From positions 851 to 64,850 of the forward strand of contig JBAXGO010000002.1 in assembly GCA_037139335.1 (NCBI GenBank): DNA of 64,000 bases, read 5' to 3'. The notes under the pieces are model-generated. The model saw only the letters and a list, made by a program, of their open reading frames with translations. It did not search any database and was not told the DNA's origin. The stretch is from a bacterium. Its GTDB lineage: Bacteria; Patescibacteriota; Dojkabacteria; JAOAGR01; JBAXGO01. Shown piece by piece: positions 48,127 to 58,096 of the stretch; within the stretch, counting starts at the first letter, position 1, and every line of letters starts with the position of its first letter. The translations under genes were made by a program, and so were the position numbers.

Positions 48127-49419
48127 TTATAAATATCTAGATATAACAGACTTATTACATTCTTTAATTTTAGTTATCGGACCAGAATACAAAATTTGTC
48201 CACCGTCATCACCACCGCCAGGTCCCATATCAATTATCCAATCAGCACTTTTAATAATATCTAAATTATGTTCAATTACTAATACGCTATTACCAGCATC
48301 AACTATTTTATTAATTAAATTAATTATTTTTTCAATATCATGGAAGTGCAATCCCCTAGACGGTTCATCAAGTATAAAAAAGTTACCTTTGCTGCCCAAC
48401 TTACCCGCAATTTTTAATCTCTGAGCTTCACCGCCGGATAATGTAGTTACTGACCTATTTAAAGTTAGATAACCAAGTCCAAGCTGAATTAAAACATTTG
48501 TACCTTCAATAATAAATGGAATAATTTCAACAGCAAGTTTATGATCAATTTTTTTTATCTCATTATTTAAATCTATTAAAGATAAATTAATATAATAATT
48601 AATATTTTTTCCATTTAACAAAGACTTCAAAACATTTTTATTCAATCTAGATCCATGACATTCATTACATGTAACTTCAATCCTGTATTTATTATTCAAA
48701 TCTTTATTCAAATTTCGCTCATCCTTGCAACGATCTTCTAATTGTCTAATAATTCCTTTGAATGAGAAGCTTTGAACATAACCTTCGCCAGAGGTTAATA
48801 CTTCTTTGGGAGAGTAGAGAAGATAATTTAATTCATCAGCAGACATGGCATTAATTTTTTTATCCATATCTACCTTTTTCGTAGCTTTAATAATATTCCA
48901 ATATCTGCTTCCAGGTTTAAAATTTCTATGCTTACACGCTCCTTCATTTAATGTTTTATCAAAGTCAAATAATAATTTAGGATCAATAACATAATCGATA
49001 CCTCTACCAATGCATTTTCGACACATCCCCTCAGGATTATTAAAAGAAAAATTTCCTGCATCAAATTTTTCACTACCACATCTTGAGAATAATAGCCTAA
49101 TATAGGTATAAATATCTGTATAAGTTCCAATTGTAGATCTAATATTACCATGAAGACTTTTTTGATCTATCAAAATAGTAGGTGATAATCCACTTATTTT
49201 ATCAACTATAGGTTTATCCGGCCTTCTAAGAAATTTTGAAGCGTAACTGCCAATTGACTCAATATATTCTCTTTGTGCTTCTTCATGCAAGATATCAAAT
49301 GCTATAGTAGATTTTCCAGATCCCGACACACCGATAAAAGTAACAATTTTATTAAAAGGTATTTCCAAATCTATATTTTTCAAATTATGCTCTCTTGCAC
49401 CTTTAATGCTAATATTCAT
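48127..49419 (-). CDS. Half-size UvrA/DrrC-like ABC ATPase with a single NBD
   Basis: GAREHNLKN, GVSGSGKS, FSFNNPEGMCRKC..CNECHGSRL, LSGGEAQRLK, DEPSRGLH, IEHNLD, ADWIIDMGPGGG. Confidence 0.85.
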   Translation of the reverse strand: MNISIKGAREHNLKNIDLEIPFNKIVTFIGVSGSGKSTIAFDILHEEAQREYIESIGSYASKFLRRPDKPIVDKISGLSPTILIDQKSLHGNIRSTIGTYTDIYTYIRLLFSRCGSEKFDAGNFSFNNPEGMCRKCIGRGIDYVIDPKLLFDFDKTLNEGACKHRNFKPGSRYWNIIKATKKVDMDKKINAMSADELNYLLYSPKEVLTSGEGYVQSFSFKGIIRQLEDRCKDERNLNKDLNNKYRIEVTCNECHGSRLNKNVLKSLLNGKNINYYINLSLIDLNNEIKKIDHKLAVEIIPFIIEGTNVLIQLGLGYLTLNRSVTTLSGGEAQRLKIAGKLGSKGNFFILDEPSRGLHFHDIEKIINLINKIVDAGNSVLVIEHNLDIIKSADWIIDMGPGGGDDGGQILYSGPITKIKECNKSVISRYL

Positions 49420-49438
49420 ATGTACTAATCTATTCAAG

Positions 49439-49469
49439 ATTTTAATCTATTACGCTGCGTCACAGTCAA
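49439..49469 (-). promoter_or_regulatory. MerR-type promoter with 19-bp spacer and dyad driving the uvrA-like gene
   Basis: Minus strand TTGACT-gtgacgcagcgtaatagat-TAAAAT; dyad CTGTGACGC-A-GCGTAATAG. Confidence 0.8.
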
Positions 49470-50281
49470 TGAATAATTATTTAACAGCGGGAGAATTCGC
49501 AAAACTCGCAAGAACTACAAAAAGAACAATTTTATTTTACGATGAGAAAGACATTTTGAAACCTTTTCAAAAAACGTCAAATAAATATAGATTTTATAAA
49601 TCAGAACAAATCCTTGATTTTCAAATTATTTCATTAATGAGAAGGTTAGGATTATCATTAGAAGATATAAGTGGTTATTTGAAAGAAAATTACAGTCTTC
49701 ATGATATTTTTCAGATTAAAAAAAAATCTATTGAAGAAGAAATAAATTTTCTGAATAATTCATTAATTAATATCGATGAGTATAATAAGAATCTTGAAGA
49801 AACTGGTTTTATAATTAAGCCAGAGATCAAAACGATCAATCCTTATGAAATTTATTATATTGTAAGGAAAGGATCCTACGCTGGTATTAAAGATTTTTGT
49901 TTTGAATTAAAGAATTATTTTTCTAAAATTTCGTCGAATGCAACATTTCTAACAATTTTTATTGAGCATGGATACAATCCCAAAGATTCAGAAATGAAGA
50001 TTGGAGTTATTAAAAACGAAGTAATGGAATTAAATGATGAAGGATCAAAAAAAGTAAAAAGTGAAAAATTCCCTCTGCACCAAGCTTTAACATATACATA
50101 CAAAGGTTCAGGTAGTTTATTATCTATTCATTGGAAATATCTCGAAGAATATCAAGCTGAAAAAGGAATTAAGGATAATGTACTGATTAGTCCACGAGAA
50201 TTATACTTAACAACATCATTAAATGGAGAGAGGGATGAGAACAAGCACATATTCGAGATACAAATACCAGTCAATAATTAA
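49469..50281 (+). CDS. MerR-family regulator with GyrI-like ligand domain (BmrR-like)
   Basis: LTAGEFAKLART.KRTILFYDEKDIL.P..YRFY; C-terminal RELYL..EIQIPV. Confidence 0.9.
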   Translation: MNNYLTAGEFAKLARTTKRTILFYDEKDILKPFQKTSNKYRFYKSEQILDFQIISLMRRLGLSLEDISGYLKENYSLHDIFQIKKKSIEEEINFLNNSLINIDEYNKNLEETGFIIKPEIKTINPYEIYYIVRKGSYAGIKDFCFELKNYFSKISSNATFLTIFIEHGYNPKDSEMKIGVIKNEVMELNDEGSKKVKSEKFPLHQALTYTYKGSGSLLSIHWKYLEEYQAEKGIKDNVLISPRELYLTTSLNGERDENKHIFEIQIPVNN

Positions 50282-50350
50282 CATACATTCTATATAACTA
50301 TTTGGCGTAGCAGATATTATTTGTTTTATAATAAAAATATTTGAATTGAA

Positions 50351-50512
50351 ATGAAACCTGTAAAAGATTTACCCGATGATATTAAGGAAGATATTGAAGC
50401 TGTAAAAGAGACTCAAACAGGACACAAATTTAACTATTTTTTATTATTTTTACTAATATCCTTCATTGCGATAGTAATTATATTAACTCTTGTTTTTTTC
50501 ATAAATAAATAA
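50351..50512 (+). CDS. 53-aa protein with C-terminal TM helix (below the ORF-track cutoff)
   Basis: Manual translation MKPVKDLPDDIKEDIEAVKETQTGHKFNYFLLFLLISFIAIVIILTLVFFINK*. Confidence 0.55.
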   Translation: MKPVKDLPDDIKEDIEAVKETQTGHKFNYFLLFLLISFIAIVIILTLVFFINK

Positions 50513-50593
50513 TTTAGTAAAACACTTGAAATTTAGAAATAACTTTACATTTATTTCTAAAGTATTTATATTGTATACATTTAATATCTAAAA

Positions 50594-52564
50594 ATGTCAG
50601 ATAACGTAGAAAAAGTTGTTTCCGACGAAAATATTATTGTGAATGATGTGAATGATATAGAGAAAGAGAACATTTCTAATCCGCCTAGCGAAAATATAAT
50701 TCCTCAATTTTCACCTGACGTATTGCCTAGTAATAAAGCACCTTTAACACCACATAAAAAAAATATACTAACATTATCCATAATTGGTGGAACATTAGTT
50801 GTTTTGGCATCTGTTGCAGTAATACTCGCTATATTAATGACTAACAAAACTGTAAAAAAAGAAGATGTGATAATTTCGCCAACTACCAGTGTATATAGCC
50901 CTTATACTGAAGTAGTGTTTCCAACAGATATTAAAGTTACAGAGACTATTACACCTTCAAATACTCCAATCCCAGAGTCACTAAATTTAGGCAGTGTACC
51001 TGTTAAATTATTGGATAAACCTATAAGACTTTATAATATTAATGCATTCAAATATGTAAGTTCTAACGATTATCAAGGACCTGGTATGGGATATCCACCA
51101 GCAAATGTAGATATTGACTCTATAAATGAATATTACAAAATTGGTACTATTACAGATGGTGGATACAAAGATTATAATTTAATTTATACTTTCTCAAATG
51201 GTAGTTTTGGAACATCAAGTTTTCCAACATTAGAATTTGTAATGTTATCAAAAGACAATAAATTTATTGTTGCTAACTACATGAATTATTCATATACAGA
51301 CTCTGATGGAAAAACGATATCAAATGATTATCAAATTTTAGCTCCAAATAATTTTGGAGATTCAACATCAGAAATTAAAGATACTGAAATTTATAAAACT
51401 TTAAATAAAAGTAATATCTCTGTAAAAAAAATAAATTTTACAAATGCAACTATTACATCAATATCGGATCCTAGTTATTTCAAAGAATCAATGAAATCAG
51501 ACAATGGTGTGCAAATATATGTATCGAGTTCTGATATAAAAAGTCCCATATATACAAAAACGAAAGAAGGATTCTTCATGATTAATGGCTTTGCTCCAAA
51601 TTTTTATAGTAGTTCGGAACCACCAAACATTTCATGGACATTAGGAAATACTGGTAAAAATAAATATCAATATGATTATATTTCAATTGGTTCTTGCGGT
51701 ATGGGAAGTAATGGTATGGGAAGTTATGGCGTAGAAATTACAGATCTTTCAATGGATTTATTAAAACAAACCGGTACAACATCAGATAATGATCCTGTTT
51801 ATGAATTCAAAGATCCAAATGCTGATACATACACGAAAAAAATATATGTTGAAGATTATCCCAATATAAATAAATACAATACAATAACAGAAGATGATGC
51901 CTCATTATTGCCTTATAATGATTTTGTAAAATATCATCCTGTATTTTATTGGAAAGATCCTTTTGGAAGATTAATTAAATTTGCCAGCCGTGAATTCATA
52001 ATGACTGGAGGTTGTGCTAAACCAGCGGTATATTTATACCCAACAAAAGATACGAAAGTTAATGTAAAATTATCGATTGATGGTGCATTAACATATTCTG
52101 AACCAAGATATGATCAAGGATGGAATGTATTAGCCAAACCAAACGGCGATTTAGTAATTAATGATAAAACATTTGATTATTTATTTTGGGAAGGTAAATT
52201 CAACACGAATTTTGAAAATTTAAATAATGGATGGGTTATTCTGAAATCTGATGTAAAAATATTCCTAGCACAGAAATTAGACGAATTGGGATTTAATGAG
52301 AAAGAAAAAGCTCAATTTCTAGAATATTGGATTCCTCGATTAGATAAAGAAAATAATAAATATATATATATAAATTTTGTTGATGAAAAATTCTTGGACA
52401 GATATGCTCCATTAACTATCACTCCAAAACCAGAAAATTATAAACGTTACTTCATGCTATATAGAGGTGAGGATAGTGAAAGAAAAACTACTGAGCCTGT
52501 ACTAAGTAAAGTAAATAGAAGTGGATTCTTCATGTTTGAATGGGGTGGAGCGAGAATTAATTAA
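50594..52564 (+). CDS. Large membrane-anchored surface protein with a C-terminal KPxxYLYP/LFWEG/EWGG domain
   Basis: TM aa about 58-82, T/P linker, GGCAKPAVYLYP, YLFWEG, FLEYW, EWGG. Confidence 0.75.
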   Translation: MSDNVEKVVSDENIIVNDVNDIEKENISNPPSENIIPQFSPDVLPSNKAPLTPHKKNILTLSIIGGTLVVLASVAVILAILMTNKTVKKEDVIISPTTSVYSPYTEVVFPTDIKVTETITPSNTPIPESLNLGSVPVKLLDKPIRLYNINAFKYVSSNDYQGPGMGYPPANVDIDSINEYYKIGTITDGGYKDYNLIYTFSNGSFGTSSFPTLEFVMLSKDNKFIVANYMNYSYTDSDGKTISNDYQILAPNNFGDSTSEIKDTEIYKTLNKSNISVKKINFTNATITSISDPSYFKESMKSDNGVQIYVSSSDIKSPIYTKTKEGFFMINGFAPNFYSSSEPPNISWTLGNTGKNKYQYDYISIGSCGMGSNGMGSYGVEITDLSMDLLKQTGTTSDNDPVYEFKDPNADTYTKKIYVEDYPNINKYNTITEDDASLLPYNDFVKYHPVFYWKDPFGRLIKFASREFIMTGGCAKPAVYLYPTKDTKVNVKLSIDGALTYSEPRYDQGWNVLAKPNGDLVINDKTFDYLFWEGKFNTNFENLNNGWVILKSDVKIFLAQKLDELGFNEKEKAQFLEYWIPRLDKENNKYIYINFVDEKFLDRYAPLTITPKPENYKRYFMLYRGEDSERKTTEPVLSKVNRSGFFMFEWGGARIN

Positions 52565-52585
52565 CTTTTATAAGTTATAAATTTT

Positions 52586-52614
52586 AAGAGGGATGAAAAA
52601 GTCCCTCTTTTTTT
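52586..52614 (+). terminator. Rho-independent terminator
   Basis: aagagggat-gaaaaa-gtccctc followed by T7. Confidence 0.85.
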
Positions 52615-52789
52615 ACAATAAAGTTCACTTTTTTTATCATACGCTATTTTTTCCCCATATCTATTACATTATTATAGTGCTATACTCTCGTCAATATATT
52701 GAAAAAGATAGTATGGTATAATCTATATATCCACGTTATATAAATATATGTGGTGTTGGTACAGTGGTCTTATTTCACTGAAAAATCCC

Positions 52790-53980
52790 ATGAATAATAA
52801 AAAGGTTAACTATACAAGTTTCCTCAACGAAAAAGAAAAGGCTGTCAGAAGTATTTACATCAGTAGTTATATCCCTAGAAAGTGTGGTATAGCCACATTT
52901 ACAAAAGATTTAACTAATGCCATTAATCACCAAAATCCTGAAGCCATAGCGGAAATTATTGCATTAAATGACAATGGTGAAAATTATGACTATCCATGGG
53001 AAGTAAAATATAGAATTAGTCAGAATAATCCAGAAGATTATATTTCCGCATGTAATTATATTAATCAATCCTCTGCAGATATTGTAAATTTGCAGCATGA
53101 ATTTGGACTATTTGGCGGTGTAGATGGTGATTATATATTACCAATGATCGATATGTTAGAAAAAAAGCTAGTATCGTGTTTTCATAGCATTTTACAAGAA
53201 CCAGACGAACATAAAAAATATATTATAAAAAGAATTATAGAAAAATCAGAAGCTGTTATCGCAATGAGTGAAAATAGTAGACAAATATTGATTAATGTAT
53301 ATGATTGTCCTGAAGAAAAAGCAGTATTAATTTATCACGGCGTTCCGGATTTCACTTTTGAAGATACAATTAAATATAAGGAAAGATTAAATATCGAGAC
53401 AGAAAGGATGCTTCTTATGTCAGGATTATTGGGACCTGGTAAAGGAATTGAATATGTTATTAACTCTATGCCAAAAATTATCGAGATTTTTCCAAATACT
53501 AAATTTTATATTGTTGGTCAGACTCATCCATCATTATTAAGATCCGAAAAAGAAGCATATAGAGAGAAATTACAAGAAATAATTGAAGAATTAAATTTAT
53601 CAAATAATATAATCTTTATAAATAAATATTTAACTCTTGAAGAATTAAAAGATTATTATCTTGCGGCAGATATTTTTTTGACACCTCATTTAGATCCACA
53701 ACAACCAACATCAGGAACATTGGCATATGCACTGGGAGCAGGAAAGATTTGTATTTCAACACCATATAATTACGCTAAAGAAATGTTGGCCAATGGTACA
53801 GGCATCATAGTTCAATTCAAAAATTCGGATGATATTTCGAAATCGGTAATAGAAGTTTTTTCAGATAACGCTTTGTATAACAAATATCGAAATAGTTCAT
53901 TCCAATTGGGTAAACAAATGCAGTGGCCGCGTGTAGCAAGAAGAAATCTGAATTTATTCAGATTTATTTCTGAAAATTAA
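52790..53980 (+). CDS. GT4 glycosyltransferase
   Basis: SYIPRKCGIATFT, QHEFGLFGG, HGVP, GKGIE, TSGTLAYA, STPY. Confidence 0.9.
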   Translation: MNNKKVNYTSFLNEKEKAVRSIYISSYIPRKCGIATFTKDLTNAINHQNPEAIAEIIALNDNGENYDYPWEVKYRISQNNPEDYISACNYINQSSADIVNLQHEFGLFGGVDGDYILPMIDMLEKKLVSCFHSILQEPDEHKKYIIKRIIEKSEAVIAMSENSRQILINVYDCPEEKAVLIYHGVPDFTFEDTIKYKERLNIETERMLLMSGLLGPGKGIEYVINSMPKIIEIFPNTKFYIVGQTHPSLLRSEKEAYREKLQEIIEELNLSNNIIFINKYLTLEELKDYYLAADIFLTPHLDPQQPTSGTLAYALGAGKICISTPYNYAKEMLANGTGIIVQFKNSDDISKSVIEVFSDNALYNKYRNSSFQLGKQMQWPRVARRNLNLFRFISEN

Positions 53981-53983
53981 ATT

Positions 53984-54946
53984 ATGAAAGATGATGTTAC
54001 AAAATATTTAGAGTTATTAACCGATGATTTTGGAGTATGGCAACATGCGGATAAATACAATATTTTGAAAGAAGAAGGTTATGCACTGGATGATTCAGCT
54101 CGTGCTTTAATAGTATTTTTGTATTATAAAAAATTTGAAAAAGCATCAGTATGTTTAAAATATATTGAAAATTCAATCATAAATAATAGATTAGTTTTAT
54201 ATTTTAATAAAGAAAGAAAACCTATTTTAGAATCTACTTCTCTTGATGCCCAAGGATTAGCTTTGTGGGCATTAACTTTTTCGATGAGTTCAAATTTTGA
54301 AGTGGTAAAATGTTTATCTTTATATAATTTAATCAATAAAGATGTTTTGGACAATACAGAATATGTCAGGCCAATAGCTTATTATTTATTAAGTTCAATA
54401 TATTTAAATTCAAAAGATAAAGCGGATATTAGCTTAAATAAGTTAATAGAGAAATTTGATTTTAAAAACGGCTGGTTTGAAAATAAACTAATTTATGCGA
54501 ATGCCGTTATTCCATTTTCGTTGATTTCTTACTGTCATCATTTCAATATTCAAGATGAAAATTTATTTACAATAATTTTACAATCCATATCGATACTAGA
54601 AAAGAACATGAGAATTGGGATAATACCTGCACCTGTCGGCAATAGGATATGGCAAGATATTGGCTCTGTTACTAAAGATATCTATGGTCAACAACCTATA
54701 GATGTAGCATTTATGGTTTTGTTATTAGTAAAAGCTTATAAATTTTTTAACGATACTATTTTTTTAACAAAGGCTGAAGAGTGGATGAGCTGGTTTTATG
54801 GAAATAATATTTTACACGAATTAATAATCAGCTGTGACGGATCTTGTTATGATGGGATTGAAGAATTCGGTGTTAATACACATAAAGGTGCTGAATCAAC
54901 AATAATGTATCTATGGGCGAAATATTATTTTGATAATGCTTATTAA
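53984..54946 (+). CDS. Helical-barrel partner domain usually fused to this GT4 subfamily
   Basis: LTDDFGVWQHA, GYALDDSARAL, WFE..YANA, GQQPID, WFYGNN, CYDG, GAEST. Confidence 0.7.
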   Translation: MKDDVTKYLELLTDDFGVWQHADKYNILKEEGYALDDSARALIVFLYYKKFEKASVCLKYIENSIINNRLVLYFNKERKPILESTSLDAQGLALWALTFSMSSNFEVVKCLSLYNLINKDVLDNTEYVRPIAYYLLSSIYLNSKDKADISLNKLIEKFDFKNGWFENKLIYANAVIPFSLISYCHHFNIQDENLFTIILQSISILEKNMRIGIIPAPVGNRIWQDIGSVTKDIYGQQPIDVAFMVLLLVKAYKFFNDTIFLTKAEEWMSWFYGNNILHELIISCDGSCYDGIEEFGVNTHKGAESTIMYLWAKYYFDNAY

Positions 54947-55029
54947 TGGGAAATTATTATCTCATACTTACAACAGAGCTTTATTTTATATTGATATTCA
55001 TTATGTATAGAATTTACTAAGTCTACAAA

Positions 55030-55605
55030 TTAATAATTTAAAGAAAGTGCTTTTAGAAATGATATCCTATAACTTTCATCTTTTTCTCTAACTTCAATTA
55101 CATGTCGTGGCAAATCAATATAGATATATACTTCACCGTATTCGTCTAAATTTTTATAATTTGTAAATAGCTTAATATTAATACGCCTTTTTTCAAATTC
55201 AATTTTATTTGATTCCATTGGTAACGCAGTAAAACTAGCACCGTCTTTAAATATCAAATTATATCTTTGTAAACCATATATTTTGCTAATTGCATTGATA
55301 AATAAATCACTCATTTTTCCATATGAATGAAATGCTACACCATTTTGACAAAAAGATTTCTTTCTTACAGAATCATAAGCGAAACCAGCAGTCAATTTAC
55401 TATTGATGGATAAATTAAGCCCAACATCATTACCGTCGAATTTTCCTACTGTATCAAATGAGTAAGTTCCATCCGAATATTTATGATAAGCATTTATTTT
55501 CAGAATAAAATCTGACATATTACTATCACATATATTAGGAATTTCAGTATCGGGGAATTTTATGCACACTGGTTTTTTGTATAACTTCACACCCAGCATA
55601 GGCAT
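55030..55605 (-). CDS. Hypothetical protein
   Basis: 191-aa ORF; start uncertain. Confidence 0.55.
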   Translation of the reverse strand: MPMLGVKLYKKPVCIKFPDTEIPNICDSNMSDFILKINAYHKYSDGTYSFDTVGKFDGNDVGLNLSINSKLTAGFAYDSVRKKSFCQNGVAFHSYGKMSDLFINAISKIYGLQRYNLIFKDGASFTALPMESNKIEFEKRRINIKLFTNYKNLDEYGEVYIYIDLPRHVIEVREKDESYRISFLKALSLNY

Positions 55606-55763
55606 TCAGTTTAAGTACTTGGAATAATACACCTGATTATTTTTTTCTTCAAATATAAATATAGTAAATATATTATAGGATAAAAAATTAGTCATTATTA
55701 GCATAGCTTTTTTGAAAAAGATTCGCATTATTAGTACGAAATCTTTTCTATAAGCTATATAAA

Positions 55764-57395
55764 TTATTCCATTCCAGGAACTTCTTCTTTATGTATATTC
55801 TTGGTATTTGGTAGACTGAACGATACTGCCAAAGCCAATACAGACACGATAATTGCTACAACCTGTGCGCTTTTACCAGCATCAACAGTTGCTTGATTAC
55901 GTTCAAAAACAATGTCAGACGCAACATTTTCGGGCATATTTTTTGCCATTTGAGCTTGAAAGTATTGATATTTCGATGGATTTTTTTCTACATCTGCAGC
56001 ATATTCAGTTTTCTGCTCTGCACTTATTACACTACTATTATTAATTCCATTCATCATAGATGATGTAAATCCAGCAAGGAAAACCGCACCAATAATTGCA
56101 GAACCAAGACTGGCTCCTAACTGTCTAATTGTTGAATTCAAACCTGAAGCCTCACCTGCATATTTGATATCTACTGCTGAAAGTGTAATATTTGTAATTT
56201 GCGCTGATATAAGCCCAAATCCAATGCCAAACAATATTTGTCCAGGTGCAAACTGCAAAACATCGGAGTTAACATTAAGTCCTAAATATAATAAAAATGA
56301 ACCAATAATATTGAAGACCAATCCAATTTGAACAAGTACTCTTGGCTTAACCTTCTTACTCAATGCTCCTGATAATGGTGCAGCTATAAGTAAACTTAAC
56401 GACATAGGCAATAGAGATAGACCTGTCCCCAGAGCATCTTTACCTTTCACAGCTTGATAAAAAACAGGAATAGAAAAGATCAAACCCGCTTGTCCCAAAG
56501 CCATGATTGCAGTAGTAACAGAACCAGAAACAAACTGTTTATTTTGAAATATGTGCATTGAAATCAAAGGCTGTTGGCCATCATTTTCTCTTTTTCTTTC
56601 CCATAGTATAAATAAACCAATAATTATTAACCCAAAAATTATTGCGTAAGGTGTTATAGAAAGTCCCAATAAATCGTAACTATTGCCAAATATTTCATAC
56701 GGCATTTTGGCTTGTAACCAACCAAATGTTGATGACTCAATAATTCCATATACTAGAGTTGCCATTCCCACTGCAGATAATATTACACCTACAATATCTA
56801 GTTGTGGTTTATGATATTTATCTTTGACTTCTTTAATTAAAAAAGCTCCTGCAATCAATACTAATGTAACAATTACATTTATTCTAAATGCCCAATGCCA
56901 AGTATAATTTGTAGTTATAAGACCTCCCACAATTGGACCAAATGCTGCGGCAGCTCCTGCAATTCCACCCCAGACACCAAATGCAATTGCTCTCTCTCTG
57001 CCTTTAAAAGTAGAGACAAGCAATGAAGCTGTTGCAGGCATCATTAATGCAGCACCTGTGCCTTCAATCAAAGCCATACTTGTTATTAGCATCGTTGCAC
57101 TATTGCTTATTGAAACCATGAAAGAACCAAGTGCAAATATCACAGCACCTATTACGAACATTTTTTTCCTACCGAATAAATCTCCCAATCTACCGCCTGT
57201 TATTGTTAAAGCCGCCACTATTAATGAATATAATGTTGTTGCCCATTGTATGGTTTTGAGATCTGTATTTAGATCCTTAACAACATATGCCATAGAAACA
57301 TTAAGAATTGTACTATCTAAAATTATTATAAATAGTGCCAAACTCAACGTAACTAATACTCCCCATTTTTTTATCGGATTTACATGTACTTCCAT
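55764..57395 (-). CDS. MFS DHA2 (14-TM) efflux transporter
   Basis: LDSTILNV, GGRLGDLFGRKK, GPIVGG, WHWAFRINV. Confidence 0.93.
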   Translation of the reverse strand: MEVHVNPIKKWGVLVTLSLALFIIILDSTILNVSMAYVVKDLNTDLKTIQWATTLYSLIVAALTITGGRLGDLFGRKKMFVIGAVIFALGSFMVSISNSATMLITSMALIEGTGAALMMPATASLLVSTFKGRERAIAFGVWGGIAGAAAAFGPIVGGLITTNYTWHWAFRINVIVTLVLIAGAFLIKEVKDKYHKPQLDIVGVILSAVGMATLVYGIIESSTFGWLQAKMPYEIFGNSYDLLGLSITPYAIIFGLIIIGLFILWERKRENDGQQPLISMHIFQNKQFVSGSVTTAIMALGQAGLIFSIPVFYQAVKGKDALGTGLSLLPMSLSLLIAAPLSGALSKKVKPRVLVQIGLVFNIIGSFLLYLGLNVNSDVLQFAPGQILFGIGFGLISAQITNITLSAVDIKYAGEASGLNSTIRQLGASLGSAIIGAVFLAGFTSSMMNGINNSSVISAEQKTEYAADVEKNPSKYQYFQAQMAKNMPENVASDIVFERNQATVDAGKSAQVVAIIVSVLALAVSFSLPNTKNIHKEEVPGME

Positions 57396-57424
57396 AATTA
57401 TATTTCTTAAATATTTATTACAAA

Positions 57425-57850
57425 TTAAACTAACTTCTCAAATATCTTCAGCATTATTTCAATTTCATGATCTGAAATATTTATCATTTTTTTTGACACT
57501 AACTCAACATATTCTTTTTTAATTTCATTATTTTTTTTCTTTCCACTAACTGTTAGCTTTAGGAAAATAATTCTCCTATCCTGACTATTTTGTTCACGAA
57601 TGATATAACCTTCTATTACTAACGGATCTATTATTTGTGTTATTGCAGATAATGTATGTCCTGAATGTTTGGCTATCATTGAGGTCGTTACTTCTTCTCC
57701 AGAGTCTAATACAGAAAGAATTTTCATCTGTGCAGAAGTTATGTTATGTTTTTCTAAAAAAGAAACATTTCTGCGCCATACACAATTACTCATTTCAGTC
57801 ATTTGACGGAAAAGTTTATCTATATTTTTTCTTCTTTGAGATCTAGACAT
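57425..57850 (-). CDS. MarR-family regulator
   Basis: ITSAQMKIL..SAITQIIDPLV.EGYIIR...DRR...LTVSG. Confidence 0.9.
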   Translation of the reverse strand: MSRSQRRKNIDKLFRQMTEMSNCVWRRNVSFLEKHNITSAQMKILSVLDSGEEVTTSMIAKHSGHTLSAITQIIDPLVIEGYIIREQNSQDRRIIFLKLTVSGKKKNNEIKKEYVELVSKKMINISDHEIEIMLKIFEKLV

Positions 57851-57853
57851 TTA

Positions 57854-57910
57854 TTAAGTTACTTAACCATTTAGAACATTAATTATCTTTTAAAACACTT
57901 TTTATGTCAA
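57854..57910 (-). promoter_or_regulatory. Sigma70 promoter and palindromic operator for marR-MFS
   Basis: Minus strand TTGACA-17 nt-GATAAT (57910-57882); dyad TTAAGT-N-ACTTAA at 57854-57866. Confidence 0.65.
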
Positions 57911-58096
57911 GTTTTAGACTTAATTGTATGGTTATTGTCCGATTAAACATACAAACTTCATATAAAACTCCCGATTACGAATGAAAACATGATTTATAAA
58001 ACATAGCGAAATCAAATTATTGTAAAATAATATGATATAAAATATCATGACACGGTACGAGACTAGTTTGAAACATTTTATAATTACACCTTATCA

